The translations under genes and the position numbers were made by a program. A model generated the notes under the pieces. That model was not told the DNA's origin. It ran no database searches and saw only the letters and a program-made list of their open reading frames with translations. A stretch of DNA of 36,189 nucleotides from an uncultured Methanosarcinales archaeon (GTDB taxonomy: Archaea; Nanobdellota; Nanobdellia; Woesearchaeales; JABMPP01): contig CAZSAD010000015.1 of the NCBI GenBank assembly GCA_964604995.1, forward strand, positions 1 through 36,189, in the 5' to 3' direction. This document shows positions 16,380 to 25,506 of this stretch, piece after piece. The stretch's first letter is position 1. Each line of letters opens with the position of its first letter.

Positions 16380-19300
16380 ATGAAAAAAAATAGAATTTTT
16401 GGATTAATTGTATTAATACTAATTAGTTTAATATTTGTTAGTAATCTAACCCTTGCACAAACTACTGTATGTGGTGCTGATTGGCAGATTCAATTAAATC
16501 AATTCAGTTTAGACTCCCTTTTCTCAGTTTCATTTTTCGATGCAAACAATGGTTTAGTTGTTGGGCAAGGCGGATTAATTTTTCGTACAACTGATGGGGG
16601 TTCTACATGGATTCAAGTTTCATCAAGTGGTCACACTACTGATTTACATGATCTTTCTTATTTAGATTCAACGCATATTGTTGCAGTTGGTACTGGCGGG
16701 TGGACTTTCAATTCTATAAATGGGGGTGTAACTTGGACAGAAGTATCAAATCCTAATTTTGGAGATTTTTTTGGAGTTGCTTTTAGAGACTCCAATTTTG
16801 GTGTTGTAGTTGGAACAGATAATCAAAATCTAAAAGGTATAGGAATTACTGTAGATGGGGGTCAAGAATGGCTAAAAGAAGAAACATTACCTCAACCAAC
16901 AGCAGGAACACTTTTGGATGTTTCATGGGCAGGAAACAATAAACTATTCGCTGTTGGTAAAAGTGGAGAAGTGCTTGTAAATAATGATTTTGACAATGGT
17001 GGTATAAATCCTTGGCAATATATCCCTAAAGCAACGCTAACTTTAGATGGATCTCAAGATTTAACAGGGGTTTCTTTTGTTGATGCTAATACTGGTTGGA
17101 TTGTTGGATGGAATTATTATTCATTGGATGGGATTATTCTAAAAACAATTGATGGGGGCAATTCTTGGACAAAACAAACTTTTCAGAATTATAAACATTT
17201 TACACAAGTTCGTTTCAAAGACGCAAATAACGGGGTAATTATAGGTCGAAATGAACAAAATTTAGCACTTATTTTACAAACTACAAACGGAGGCGTTACT
17301 TGGGTGGACGTTACTGGAAATATTGGGAATCTTATTAATGGTGTTTCCTATTTGGGAGAGTCCCCTGTAATAGTAGGTCAACCTAATTTTATTGCAAAAA
17401 AATTAGTTGGAAAAAAATTCAAAATTAGAAGCAATAATCAAGATGTTTCAATTATCGATGCATCTGGCAATATCCAGTTAACTGGTTCATTATTTGAAAA
17501 TTCTAATCCAGATACCGTAACTGGAAAAACATTCAAAACAATTTCTTGTATTTCTGATGGATGGATCTCGCAAATTATAGGTACTGAATCTATTGAATCT
17601 ATCTCTTTTATAGATACTAATTATGGCATGGCAGCATCACGAACTGGTAAAACTTATTATACCTCCGACGGGGGAGTAAATTGGGTACAAAAGACACCGA
17701 TTGCTTCTTTTGGAGCTGCAAGCGGAGTTTATCCTGGTATATATATGACTAATACTCTAATAGCTCACTTAGGTGGTCCAGACCATATCTATAAAACTGT
17801 AGATGGTGGCCAGAGTTGGCAAACAAAATGGACAGCTCCAACTCCTATTATTGATGGGAGAACTTATTACTCAGGTTCACAATATATATCAAGTATTGTT
17901 TTTGATGCCGTAGATGGTACTAGAGGAATAGCTGTGGGTTATGATCTATACTCCTCATCTCCTGCTGCTTTTATTTTATACACTGGAAATGGTGGTGAAA
18001 CTTGGTCAAGAGCTATTAACTACGCTTCGCTTGATGAAGGCAGCTTGTATAGTGTAACATTCACTAAAAATAGCAATAGTGTTGCCATTGCTGTCGGGGG
18101 AAATGAACATATTTTCAAAACTATAGACGGCGGGCAAAATTGGTATATGGTCTTGGGTCAGAGTCAATCAGGTCAAGGGTATCACCTCATGAGTGTTGCA
18201 TTTCCAACTGCTAGTGTTGGATTTGCAGTAGGATATTACGGGGGTGCTCCCTATAATGGGTTTATGCTTAAAACACAAGATGCAGGAGAAACATGGCAAA
18301 TACTTCCTATCCCTTTCATCATGGAATGGCTTTATGCTGTTTCTTTTTCAGATATCAATAATGGAATAGCCGTCGGGCAGAACGGAGCAATTTATACCAC
18401 AACTGATTCAGGTTTAAATTGGGTGGCTCAAACAAGTGGCGTATCTGAACATTTAAATTCAGTTGCTGATACGGGAACAACAAAAAATATTGTTGGAAAT
18501 TCAGGAACTTTTCTAAGGCTTAGGACTTCAACAGAATGTCATGCAAATTCAGCATTCGATTCATTGGGTAATTTGTATCTTCGTGGAACTCTTACTCAAG
18601 GTGCATCTGCGATAACACCAACTCTAGACACTAAAAATTTTATCATAAAAGCAAATGGAGAAAACAAATTATTAATTGATAAAAATGGCAATTTAATAAC
18701 AAAAGGATGTGCAATTTATTCTTTACCTATTGTTCCTCTCCCACCATCTGAACCTACTAATTTACATTCATCATGGGTTATTAAATTATATAATGGTGCA
18801 ACTAACCATATTATGTGGAGTCCTTCTGCAACTGGTCCAGTAACAAAATATTTATTAGAAAAGAAAATTGATGATGGTAATTGGGTTCAAATTTATGATA
18901 GTTCTGATCCTGTTTATGGTATTTCTGACTTTGAATTTTATGATTCTTTTTATAACACTCTTTATGGATATGGAAACACTTATTATTACAGAGTAAGAGC
19001 ACAAAATGATATTGGCATAGGTCCCTATTCTTCAATTTTAACTGAATTTTTGGATTGCCCAACAACCTGTGCAGACCTTATTGGTTCTTATTATACTTGT
19101 GGTACAGTGGGTCTAACAACAGGGTTTTGTCCGACTGTTGATTGTGGAACTTGTTCTTCTCCAAGTAGTTGCAGTAATACTCCTTATTATACCTGTGTAG
19201 GTGGAGGAGGCGGTGGAGGCGGTGGTGATTGTCCAGAAGGTTGCGGTGGAAGTTACCAATGCAGTTCAGATTCAGAATGTGTTAGCTTATTTGGTAATTA

Positions 19301-20273
19301 TGCTTGGTGTGCATGTCAAGATTGTAATGGCGATTGGGGGACTGGAAGTATATATAAATGTCAATATGACACTGTACAACCAGGTTCACTATGTTTTGCA
19401 TGTGGTACATTGCCATGCTTCTCAGCAGACACTTTGGTGTTATTAGCTAATGGTTCATATTCTTCAATACAAACAATCAAAGTAGGCGATAAAATAATTG
19501 CTTGGAATGAAAGTGCAAATCAAAAGTCAACAGCATTTATTCAAAAAGTTTTAATTCACAAAAGCAATTCAAACGAAAATTTATACACTTTAAATCAAGT
19601 TATATTCTCTTCTGGTGATTCTTTCAAAGTAACTTCTAATCATCCAATTTATGTGGTTGGTAAAGGGTGGGTTGAAGTAAAAGATCTTAAAGTGGGAGAT
19701 ACTGTTTATAAAAGCGTTAATAATGATATGCAAGAAGTGCAAGTTGCAAGTATAATTAAAGATTACACACAAGATTCAGTAGTCTATAATTTACAAACAA
19801 CAGCACACGATTATTTCGCAAATGATATTTTAGTACATAATAAATGTCTTGATGCAACAACTTTAGTTGATATGCCTAAATCAGAATCCTCATTTAATAC
19901 ACAAATTAAAATTTCAGATGTAAAACCTGGTTCGTTTGTTTTAGGATTAAAAGATAATTCAATTGTTCCAGTTAAAGTATTAAATGTTTATGAAAAAACT
20001 TGGTATGGTGAATTAGAAATGTTTAATATTTTACTAGAAGATGGCAGTAAAATAAAAGCAACATCTAACCATATTTTTGTGACTAATGTTCCTGAAGAAA
20101 ATACTAAAATAACAGCTGCAAAACTTGCAGTGGGTAATAAAATTATGACTTTAAATGGATGGCAAAAAATTTCAGATATTAAAAATTATAAAATCAAAAA
20201 TTCAAAAGTGTATGATATTAAAACTGAAACTGGAAATTACTTTGCACAAGGTATGCTTTCATTGGATTCTTAA
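16380..20273 (+). CDS. Large secreted multidomain protein: two BNR/YCF48-like beta-propellers, FnIII, Cys-rich region, poly-Gly linker, tandem Hint-Hint
   Basis: Signal peptide; many T-x-DGG-x-x-W Asp-box repeats; FnIII PSEPTNL...W...YYYRVRAQNDIGIGPYS; Hint1 at 19416..19841 (CFSADT...VHN), Lys, Hint2 at 19845..20270 (CLDATT...NYFAQGMLSLDS). Confidence 0.92.
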   Translation: MKKNRIFGLIVLILISLIFVSNLTLAQTTVCGADWQIQLNQFSLDSLFSVSFFDANNGLVVGQGGLIFRTTDGGSTWIQVSSSGHTTDLHDLSYLDSTHIVAVGTGGWTFNSINGGVTWTEVSNPNFGDFFGVAFRDSNFGVVVGTDNQNLKGIGITVDGGQEWLKEETLPQPTAGTLLDVSWAGNNKLFAVGKSGEVLVNNDFDNGGINPWQYIPKATLTLDGSQDLTGVSFVDANTGWIVGWNYYSLDGIILKTIDGGNSWTKQTFQNYKHFTQVRFKDANNGVIIGRNEQNLALILQTTNGGVTWVDVTGNIGNLINGVSYLGESPVIVGQPNFIAKKLVGKKFKIRSNNQDVSIIDASGNIQLTGSLFENSNPDTVTGKTFKTISCISDGWISQIIGTESIESISFIDTNYGMAASRTGKTYYTSDGGVNWVQKTPIASFGAASGVYPGIYMTNTLIAHLGGPDHIYKTVDGGQSWQTKWTAPTPIIDGRTYYSGSQYISSIVFDAVDGTRGIAVGYDLYSSSPAAFILYTGNGGETWSRAINYASLDEGSLYSVTFTKNSNSVAIAVGGNEHIFKTIDGGQNWYMVLGQSQSGQGYHLMSVAFPTASVGFAVGYYGGAPYNGFMLKTQDAGETWQILPIPFIMEWLYAVSFSDINNGIAVGQNGAIYTTTDSGLNWVAQTSGVSEHLNSVADTGTTKNIVGNSGTFLRLRTSTECHANSAFDSLGNLYLRGTLTQGASAITPTLDTKNFIIKANGENKLLIDKNGNLITKGCAIYSLPIVPLPPSEPTNLHSSWVIKLYNGATNHIMWSPSATGPVTKYLLEKKIDDGNWVQIYDSSDPVYGISDFEFYDSFYNTLYGYGNTYYYRVRAQNDIGIGPYSSILTEFLDCPTTCADLIGSYYTCGTVGLTTGFCPTVDCGTCSSPSSCSNTPYYTCVGGGGGGGGGDCPEGCGGSYQCSSDSECVSLFGNYAWCACQDCNGDWGTGSIYKCQYDTVQPGSLCFACGTLPCFSADTLVLLANGSYSSIQTIKVGDKIIAWNESANQKSTAFIQKVLIHKSNSNENLYTLNQVIFSSGDSFKVTSNHPIYVVGKGWVEVKDLKVGDTVYKSVNNDMQEVQVASIIKDYTQDSVVYNLQTTAHDYFANDILVHNKCLDATTLVDMPKSESSFNTQIKISDVKPGSFVLGLKDNSIVPVKVLNVYEKTWYGELEMFNILLEDGSKIKATSNHIFVTNVPEENTKITAAKLAVGNKIMTLNGWQKISDIKNYKIKNSKVYDIKTETGNYFAQGMLSLDS

Positions 20274-20299
20274 AAAAATACAAAAAATATCTAATCAAA

Positions 20300-20515
20300 A
20301 TGTCACAACCAACAAATTCACAACAAGCCCCAGATCCATCGCAAGAGCAAATAAATTCACTTCTTCCTATTCTTAAGCAGACAAATCCTCATTTGTCAAA
20401 CGAAGAATTAATTGAACTTGCAAAGAAAATTTTAACAGTAAAATTAAGTCCTGATGAATCAGATGAAGAAGAATCATTGTTTACATTATCCGATAAAGAA
20501 ACAGAAGAAAATTAA
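20300..20515 (+). CDS. Small acidic hypothetical protein
   Basis: 71 aa, ATG start, co-oriented 26 nt after the Hint protein, followed by a T-rich tract. Confidence 0.65.
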   Translation: MSQPTNSQQAPDPSQEQINSLLPILKQTNPHLSNEELIELAKKILTVKLSPDESDEEESLFTLSDKETEEN

Positions 20516-20544
20516 TTTCATTTTCTAATTCTTTCTTTTTTCCT

Positions 20545-20557
20545 AAAGCTTTATAAA
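20545..20557 (+). promoter_or_regulatory. Putative BRE/TATA promoter
   Basis: AAAGCTTTATAAA upstream of 20625; the same AAAGCTTTATA occurs upstream of the paralogue. Confidence 0.55.
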
Positions 20558-20624
20558 CAAAGCCATCTTTTTATGTTACTAACTAGTAGATACAAATTGA
20601 AATTTGTAGTAATTGGGGTAAAAT

Positions 20625-22058
20625 ATGCAAAAAAAATTGAACATGCAAAAATCCATTGTACTTTTTTCAATTACAATCTTTCTAGTCTTATTTTCCTTTA
20701 GTGCTAATGCATTGCAAATAAATCCATCAAGTATTGATTTAATTGCTAGATTAAATTCTACAACTCAAACAACAATTACTGTTGTAAATGACCAAAATGT
20801 TTTTTTACCAAATGTTCAAATAGGATATAGCGGCATAACTGGTCCAACAATAACATTCAATAATTCAATCCTTTCAATGGCCCCAAACAGTAGTCAAAAT
20901 ATCTTAGTTACAGTTTATGCACCAACAACTTTAAAAATACAAAAGTTAGGTGGAATAATTACTGCCAATGGTGGCACAGTTTTTGTTTCAAATCCATTTA
21001 ATATTGATGTTAGGAGTTATTTATCAATTGATAGATTTGATGCAAAATTTGGAGACACTGATATTTCTAATCTTGGAGATGGAGATACTATTTCTAAAGA
21101 TGCAGAACCTGATATGCCTCTTGAATTTAAAGTCAGATTACTAAATGAATACTCCTCAAGTATTGATTCAGAAATCAGTCAGTTAAGAAATACTTTTTTC
21201 AGAGTAACTTTAAGGGAAGTTGATGATGGAAATGATGTTGAATTAGAATCAAATGATTTTGATTTATCAGCTCAAAACACAAAATCAGGAACTTTAGAAT
21301 TTAGAGTTCCATTAATTGTCGATGAAGCTACTTATGATGTTGAAATTTATGCAGAAGGCAAAGATGGTAACAGAGTTGTTCAAACAGATACTTGGAATTT
21401 GAAAATGATTATTAATAAAAGATTGCATGATATAAGAATACAAAATGAGCAATTAACAAAATCTATTTTAACTTGTGAAAGGACAGTTGAGCTTAAGTTT
21501 AATTTAATAAATCTTGGATCTTCAGATGAAAATAGTATATATACCAGAATTGAAAATAAAGATTTAGGCATTAAAATTATTGATGGTCCATTAAGTATTG
21601 ATGCTAATCAAAATACAGCTGATAGCATTATTGGAAAACAATATACATTGCAACTTCCAGCTCAGATAAAAGAAGGCACTTATAATATAGACATCAGATC
21701 TTATTATTTATCAAATATACTCTCCTCTTTAAAATTACTCCCTATACAAATTAAAAATTGTACCAAAACAACTCCAACTACTCCTCCAGCTATTTTGCCA
21801 AATACAACTACTAACAATCAAAATAATAACAACAATGACAATACTAACAATGAAGATGATCAAGAAACAATTATTCCTTCATTAATCAATTCAAATCCAA
21901 CATTACCTGGTGGGAATAAGGCAGATGTTTACGATACCAAATCAAATACAACTTTAATACTAAAAGAACCTTATTTTACTTTAGCATTAATTATTATCAA
22001 TTTAGTGATTGTACTTATAATATTTGTATTAATTATCAAGTTTTTTGGAAGAAAGTAG
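20625..22058 (+). CDS. Putative S-layer/surface protein (Ig-like domains, C-terminal TM anchor)
   Basis: Signal peptide, DGD-x-ISK-x-A-x-P...DDG-x-D...FDLSA domain shared with the next gene, Thr/Asn linker, C-terminal TM with basic tail. Confidence 0.8.
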   Translation: MQKKLNMQKSIVLFSITIFLVLFSFSANALQINPSSIDLIARLNSTTQTTITVVNDQNVFLPNVQIGYSGITGPTITFNNSILSMAPNSSQNILVTVYAPTTLKIQKLGGIITANGGTVFVSNPFNIDVRSYLSIDRFDAKFGDTDISNLGDGDTISKDAEPDMPLEFKVRLLNEYSSSIDSEISQLRNTFFRVTLREVDDGNDVELESNDFDLSAQNTKSGTLEFRVPLIVDEATYDVEIYAEGKDGNRVVQTDTWNLKMIINKRLHDIRIQNEQLTKSILTCERTVELKFNLINLGSSDENSIYTRIENKDLGIKIIDGPLSIDANQNTADSIIGKQYTLQLPAQIKEGTYNIDIRSYYLSNILSSLKLLPIQIKNCTKTTPTTPPAILPNTTTNNQNNNNNDNTNNEDDQETIIPSLINSNPTLPGGNKADVYDTKSNTTLILKEPYFTLALIIINLVIVLIIFVLIIKFFGRK

Positions 22059-22095
22059 GAAAAATCCGTAACTACTACTCAATGCTAAATAATGC

Positions 22096-22110
22096 AAAGC
22101 TTTATATATA
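22096..22110 (+). promoter_or_regulatory. Putative BRE/TATA promoter
   Basis: AAAGCTTTATATATA about 40 nt upstream of ATG 22151. Confidence 0.55.
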
Positions 22111-22150
22111 ATTCAAGCTTTGCTTTCATTATTCGGGGGTGCTATATAGC

Positions 22151-23773
22151 ATGAAACTTAAACCATTTATTGTAAGCATTTTTTCAATAGCACTAGTGCT
22201 ATTAACAGTTTATTTAGCAGCAGCAGATGTAACAATTCCAGCACAAAGCTGGTCAGGCGATACATCATCAACAATTAATTTATCGCAGTATTTTCCACAA
22301 GGATGTACTAATTATCAAGTTTCATTATTTCCAAATAATATAGCAGTTACAATAAATCAGCTAACAACTGTTGCAACTTTAACACCTGCACAATATTTTT
22401 CTGGTGTAAGAACAGTTCAATTTTCAGCTCAGAATGCAACTAATGTATCTGAAATATTTTATTCAAATAATGTTACATTAACTGTAACGCCAGTTCCACA
22501 TTCACCTTATTTTACAAGTAATCCACCTACAACAATTGAACCAAACAGGTTATATCAATACCAAGTTGCAGCATCTGATCCAGATAACAATCCTTTGGTT
22601 TATGCTTTAGTTACAGCACCATCAGGAATGACAATGTCAACATCTGGTTTAATCTCATTTACACCAACAACAGAAACAACCTATCCAGTTAATATTTCAG
22701 TAACAGATGGAACTTATACTATCTACCAAGCTTATACATTGACTGTCAAAAAAGCAAACAAATTAGTCATTGACAACATCAAAGCAATCATCGATGGTAA
22801 ATCAGAAAGCAGTTTAACTGATGGTGATAGAATAAGCAAAGAAGCAGTTCCAGGTTCCACTGTCAAATTCGAAATTAAAGTTGCAAATCTTTTCACAAGA
22901 GATGAGGATTTAAGAATTAATGATGTTGAAATCCTAGTCACAATCAGTAATATTGATGATGGTGATGATCTTGATGATACTGGCGAAAATTTTGATTTAA
23001 GTGCAGATAGAACCAAAACACAATCCTTTTCATTTGATGTTCCAAAACAAGTTGATGAAGGAACTTATGATGTTATTGTTGATGTTGAAGGAAGAGACGA
23101 AAATGGTACTTATCATAAAGATAGTGCAACAATAACTTTGGAAGTTCAAAAAGAAAGACACGATCTTAGAATAACAAGAGCAGACATAACTCCTGAAACA
23201 GTAACTTGTCAAAAGTCAGCTGCATTAAGAGTTGAAGTTACAAATCAAGGTTCTGAAGATGAAGATAGAGTAGCAGTTGAAGTAATTGGTGGTCAATTCG
23301 GTTATCATCAACAAGATACTTTAATTGAGTTATATTCAGGTACAGATAGTGATTCAACTTTTGCAAAAACTTACACAATTAGTACAGCAAACTTGCCTGA
23401 AGGAGTTTACACTTTAGAAGTTAGAACTTATTACGATGATACTATTTTAGAAGATGTCAAAACCTTGACACTTACTGTTGATAAATGTACTCTTCCAAGT
23501 GGAAGCTCATCTAGTTCATCTGGTGGGTCAAGTTCTTCATCCTCATCTGGTGGAAGCTCATCTGGCTCTGAAGATACAGGATTACAAGTAACTTATATCA
23601 ACACTCAACCAGGATATACTCCCCAAACAGGAAGTTCATCTGGCGGCGCAGTTGCCAAAGAAGAATCAAGCTTATTTTCAAGTGGAACTTTAATACCTGC
23701 TTTGATAATTGTTGGTATAATAATCATTTTGTTGCTTGTGATATATATCATAAAACTTTTAATTGTCAGATAA
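22151..23773 (+). CDS. Putative S-layer/surface protein with cadherin-like/putative Ig domain, paralogue of 20625..22058
   Basis: Signal peptide; PYFTS...YQYQVAASDPD...APSGMT...VTDG Ig motif; shared acidic domain; Ser/Gly linker; C-terminal TM. Confidence 0.82.
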   Translation: MKLKPFIVSIFSIALVLLTVYLAAADVTIPAQSWSGDTSSTINLSQYFPQGCTNYQVSLFPNNIAVTINQLTTVATLTPAQYFSGVRTVQFSAQNATNVSEIFYSNNVTLTVTPVPHSPYFTSNPPTTIEPNRLYQYQVAASDPDNNPLVYALVTAPSGMTMSTSGLISFTPTTETTYPVNISVTDGTYTIYQAYTLTVKKANKLVIDNIKAIIDGKSESSLTDGDRISKEAVPGSTVKFEIKVANLFTRDEDLRINDVEILVTISNIDDGDDLDDTGENFDLSADRTKTQSFSFDVPKQVDEGTYDVIVDVEGRDENGTYHKDSATITLEVQKERHDLRITRADITPETVTCQKSAALRVEVTNQGSEDEDRVAVEVIGGQFGYHQQDTLIELYSGTDSDSTFAKTYTISTANLPEGVYTLEVRTYYDDTILEDVKTLTLTVDKCTLPSGSSSSSSGGSSSSSSSGGSSSGSEDTGLQVTYINTQPGYTPQTGSSSGGAVAKEESSLFSSGTLIPALIIVGIIIILLLVIYIIKLLIVR

Positions 23774-23846
23774 ATATTTTATCTGATTCTTTTTAATTTT
23801 TTTATTTTCAAAATTGGTTTTAATAAATATTTTTGGAGTGAACAAA

Positions 23847-24332
23847 ATGTCTGAAAGTCAAGCATTTAAAAGTCAAAGTGGAATTAAATATGTTATAACT
23901 CCAATATATCAAAAATCACCTGAAAGTCTTCCAGAGAATGTATCTCAAAGATTTATTGATGCATTATGTTATGAAAAAGATGGTGTAAATTATTTTGATA
24001 TATCCACTTTAGCTGGAAAGATTAATGCTCAAACTAAATCTTTAAAAAAAGATCCATTAATAGAAGAATTATTAGCATTTCATGTTATATTATATGGGCA
24101 AAACAATTCAATTTCATTCCCTGTAAAAGTCATTCCTTCTTATTTTCAGGAAAATTTGTCATCAGGTAATCAATCAGAGAGTAATTTACCAACTTCTGAT
24201 TCTAAAAATAAAATAGGTCATCAAGAATTTTATACTCTTGAAGTTTATTTGCCAAATAAAGAAAATCTGTCTCTAAAAATAGAAGAAGAACAAAAACCAG
24301 ATTTAGTATTCAATTTATGTGTTAATAAATAA
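23847..24332 (+). CDS. Hypothetical protein
   Basis: ATG 23847 after GGAGTGA RBS; no recognisable motif. Confidence 0.6.
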   Translation: MSESQAFKSQSGIKYVITPIYQKSPESLPENVSQRFIDALCYEKDGVNYFDISTLAGKINAQTKSLKKDPLIEELLAFHVILYGQNNSISFPVKVIPSYFQENLSSGNQSESNLPTSDSKNKIGHQEFYTLEVYLPNKENLSLKIEEEQKPDLVFNLCVNK

Positions 24333-24369
24333 TAAATTTGTTTATCAATTTTTTTATTTAATCTTTTAT

Positions 24370-24937
24370 TCAAATATTTAACATATTTTTTTCGAATTTT
24401 TCAATTTTAGCAAAATTTCTTTTCAATTTTTTGTTTGCTTCTAAAATTAATCTTTTCATATAATTTTCAGAAACAAGCATTTTTCCTTTGTCTGCAATAA
24501 TTGTATCCATTATTTCAGTACTAGTAATTTCTATAACTGCTCTTTTTTCTGTAGCCATAAGNNNNNNNNNNTCTTTTAAATCCACCAAGTCTTGCTAAAT
24601 TAAGCATATTTTGTGCATCATTTATTGTTCGTCCACAAACATGTAAAATCATTGGCTCTTCTCTTAACCAAGTGGGATATTTTGGCAAAATTTCAAGCGC
24701 TTTTTTTACATCAGAATATTTAACCATGTCATGTGAAACAAAAACCCAGTCAGTATCAAATTTTTTGTCACTTTTTTTAGAATAAATTATTATTCTTCCA
24801 GAGCAGCTGCTTGTTGTATAATAATTTTTAAAAGAATTAATTTTTTCACAAAGTTTTACAACTTTTTTATCAATGCTTCCCTTCTTGGAATTATCCTCTC
24901 TTGTCAAGACTTGTTTTTTTTGATTATCAAAATCCAT
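24370..24937 (-). CDS. tyw3: tRNA wybutosine-synthesis methyltransferase Tyw3/Taw3 (apparent frameshift at an assembly gap)
   Basis: D-x-S-x-KGSID, YYTTSSCSGRI, EPMILHV and GFKR in one frame; IEITSTE...ANKKL-x2-N in the other; the break coincides with Ns at 24562..24571. Confidence 0.9.
24562..24571. other. Scaffold gap (10 N)
   Basis: Run of n in the sequence. Confidence 0.99.
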
Positions 24938-24993
24938 AATAAAAAGAAATTATTACCTATTTTAAAATCTTTAGAAAACAAAAATATTCTTCC

Positions 24994-25419
24994 TTATATC
25001 TTGGACATAAAAATTTGGTATGGTGCAATCTTAACGCGTTGTTCCCATAATTTATAACCTTCATTTTTACCAGCTATTTGTTTACATATCTCCTCCAATA
25101 CTGGTTGATATTTTTGTTTAAAATCATAAAATATTTTAGCAGCTTTTACATAATTTTCATTAGAAAGACATGACTTAATTTTTTCATTTAACCTTTCAGA
25201 ATTAGGGTATAATTCACCATTTAATTTCATAGGCATTTCATAATCTACACTAATAATTTTTAATTCATCTGTCTTTTCACCATCAATAATAATTGTTCCA
25301 TATTTAACTTCAAATTTCCCCTTATCATTTTCAATAATCTCTGTAACAGAATCTTTTGGGTCTATCTCAGATTTATGTAATATATCTGTAAGTAGAATAT
25401 TTTCTTCATTTTTTACCAT
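24994..25419 (-). CDS. Hypothetical protein
   Basis: 141-aa ORF, ATG start, TATA-like TTTATATA just upstream; no recognisable motif. Confidence 0.65.
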   Translation of the reverse strand: MVKNEENILLTDILHKSEIDPKDSVTEIIENDKGKFEVKYGTIIIDGEKTDELKIISVDYEMPMKLNGELYPNSERLNEKIKSCLSNENYVKAAKIFYDFKQKYQPVLEEICKQIAGKNEGYKLWEQRVKIAPYQIFMSKI

Positions 25420-25506
25420 TTTAAAGTAACTATTTATTCATTATATATAAACCTTATCCAGAATCAAGAGAGGTATTACTTTTAACAAATTACTTTAATC
25501 ATTACT

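Noticed and set aside
15046..20273. Prophage or provirus
   Set aside because: No capsid, terminase, portal or integrase genes; the proteins have signal peptides and sit among cellular genes.
23497..23570. Ser/Gly-coding short repeats (also poly-Gly at 19200..19226)
   Set aside because: Ordinary low-complexity linkers with mixed codons.
24370..24937. tyw3 as a pseudogene or programmed frameshift
   Set aside because: The frame change falls exactly on a 10-N placeholder gap; a true gap that is a multiple of 3 restores the gene.
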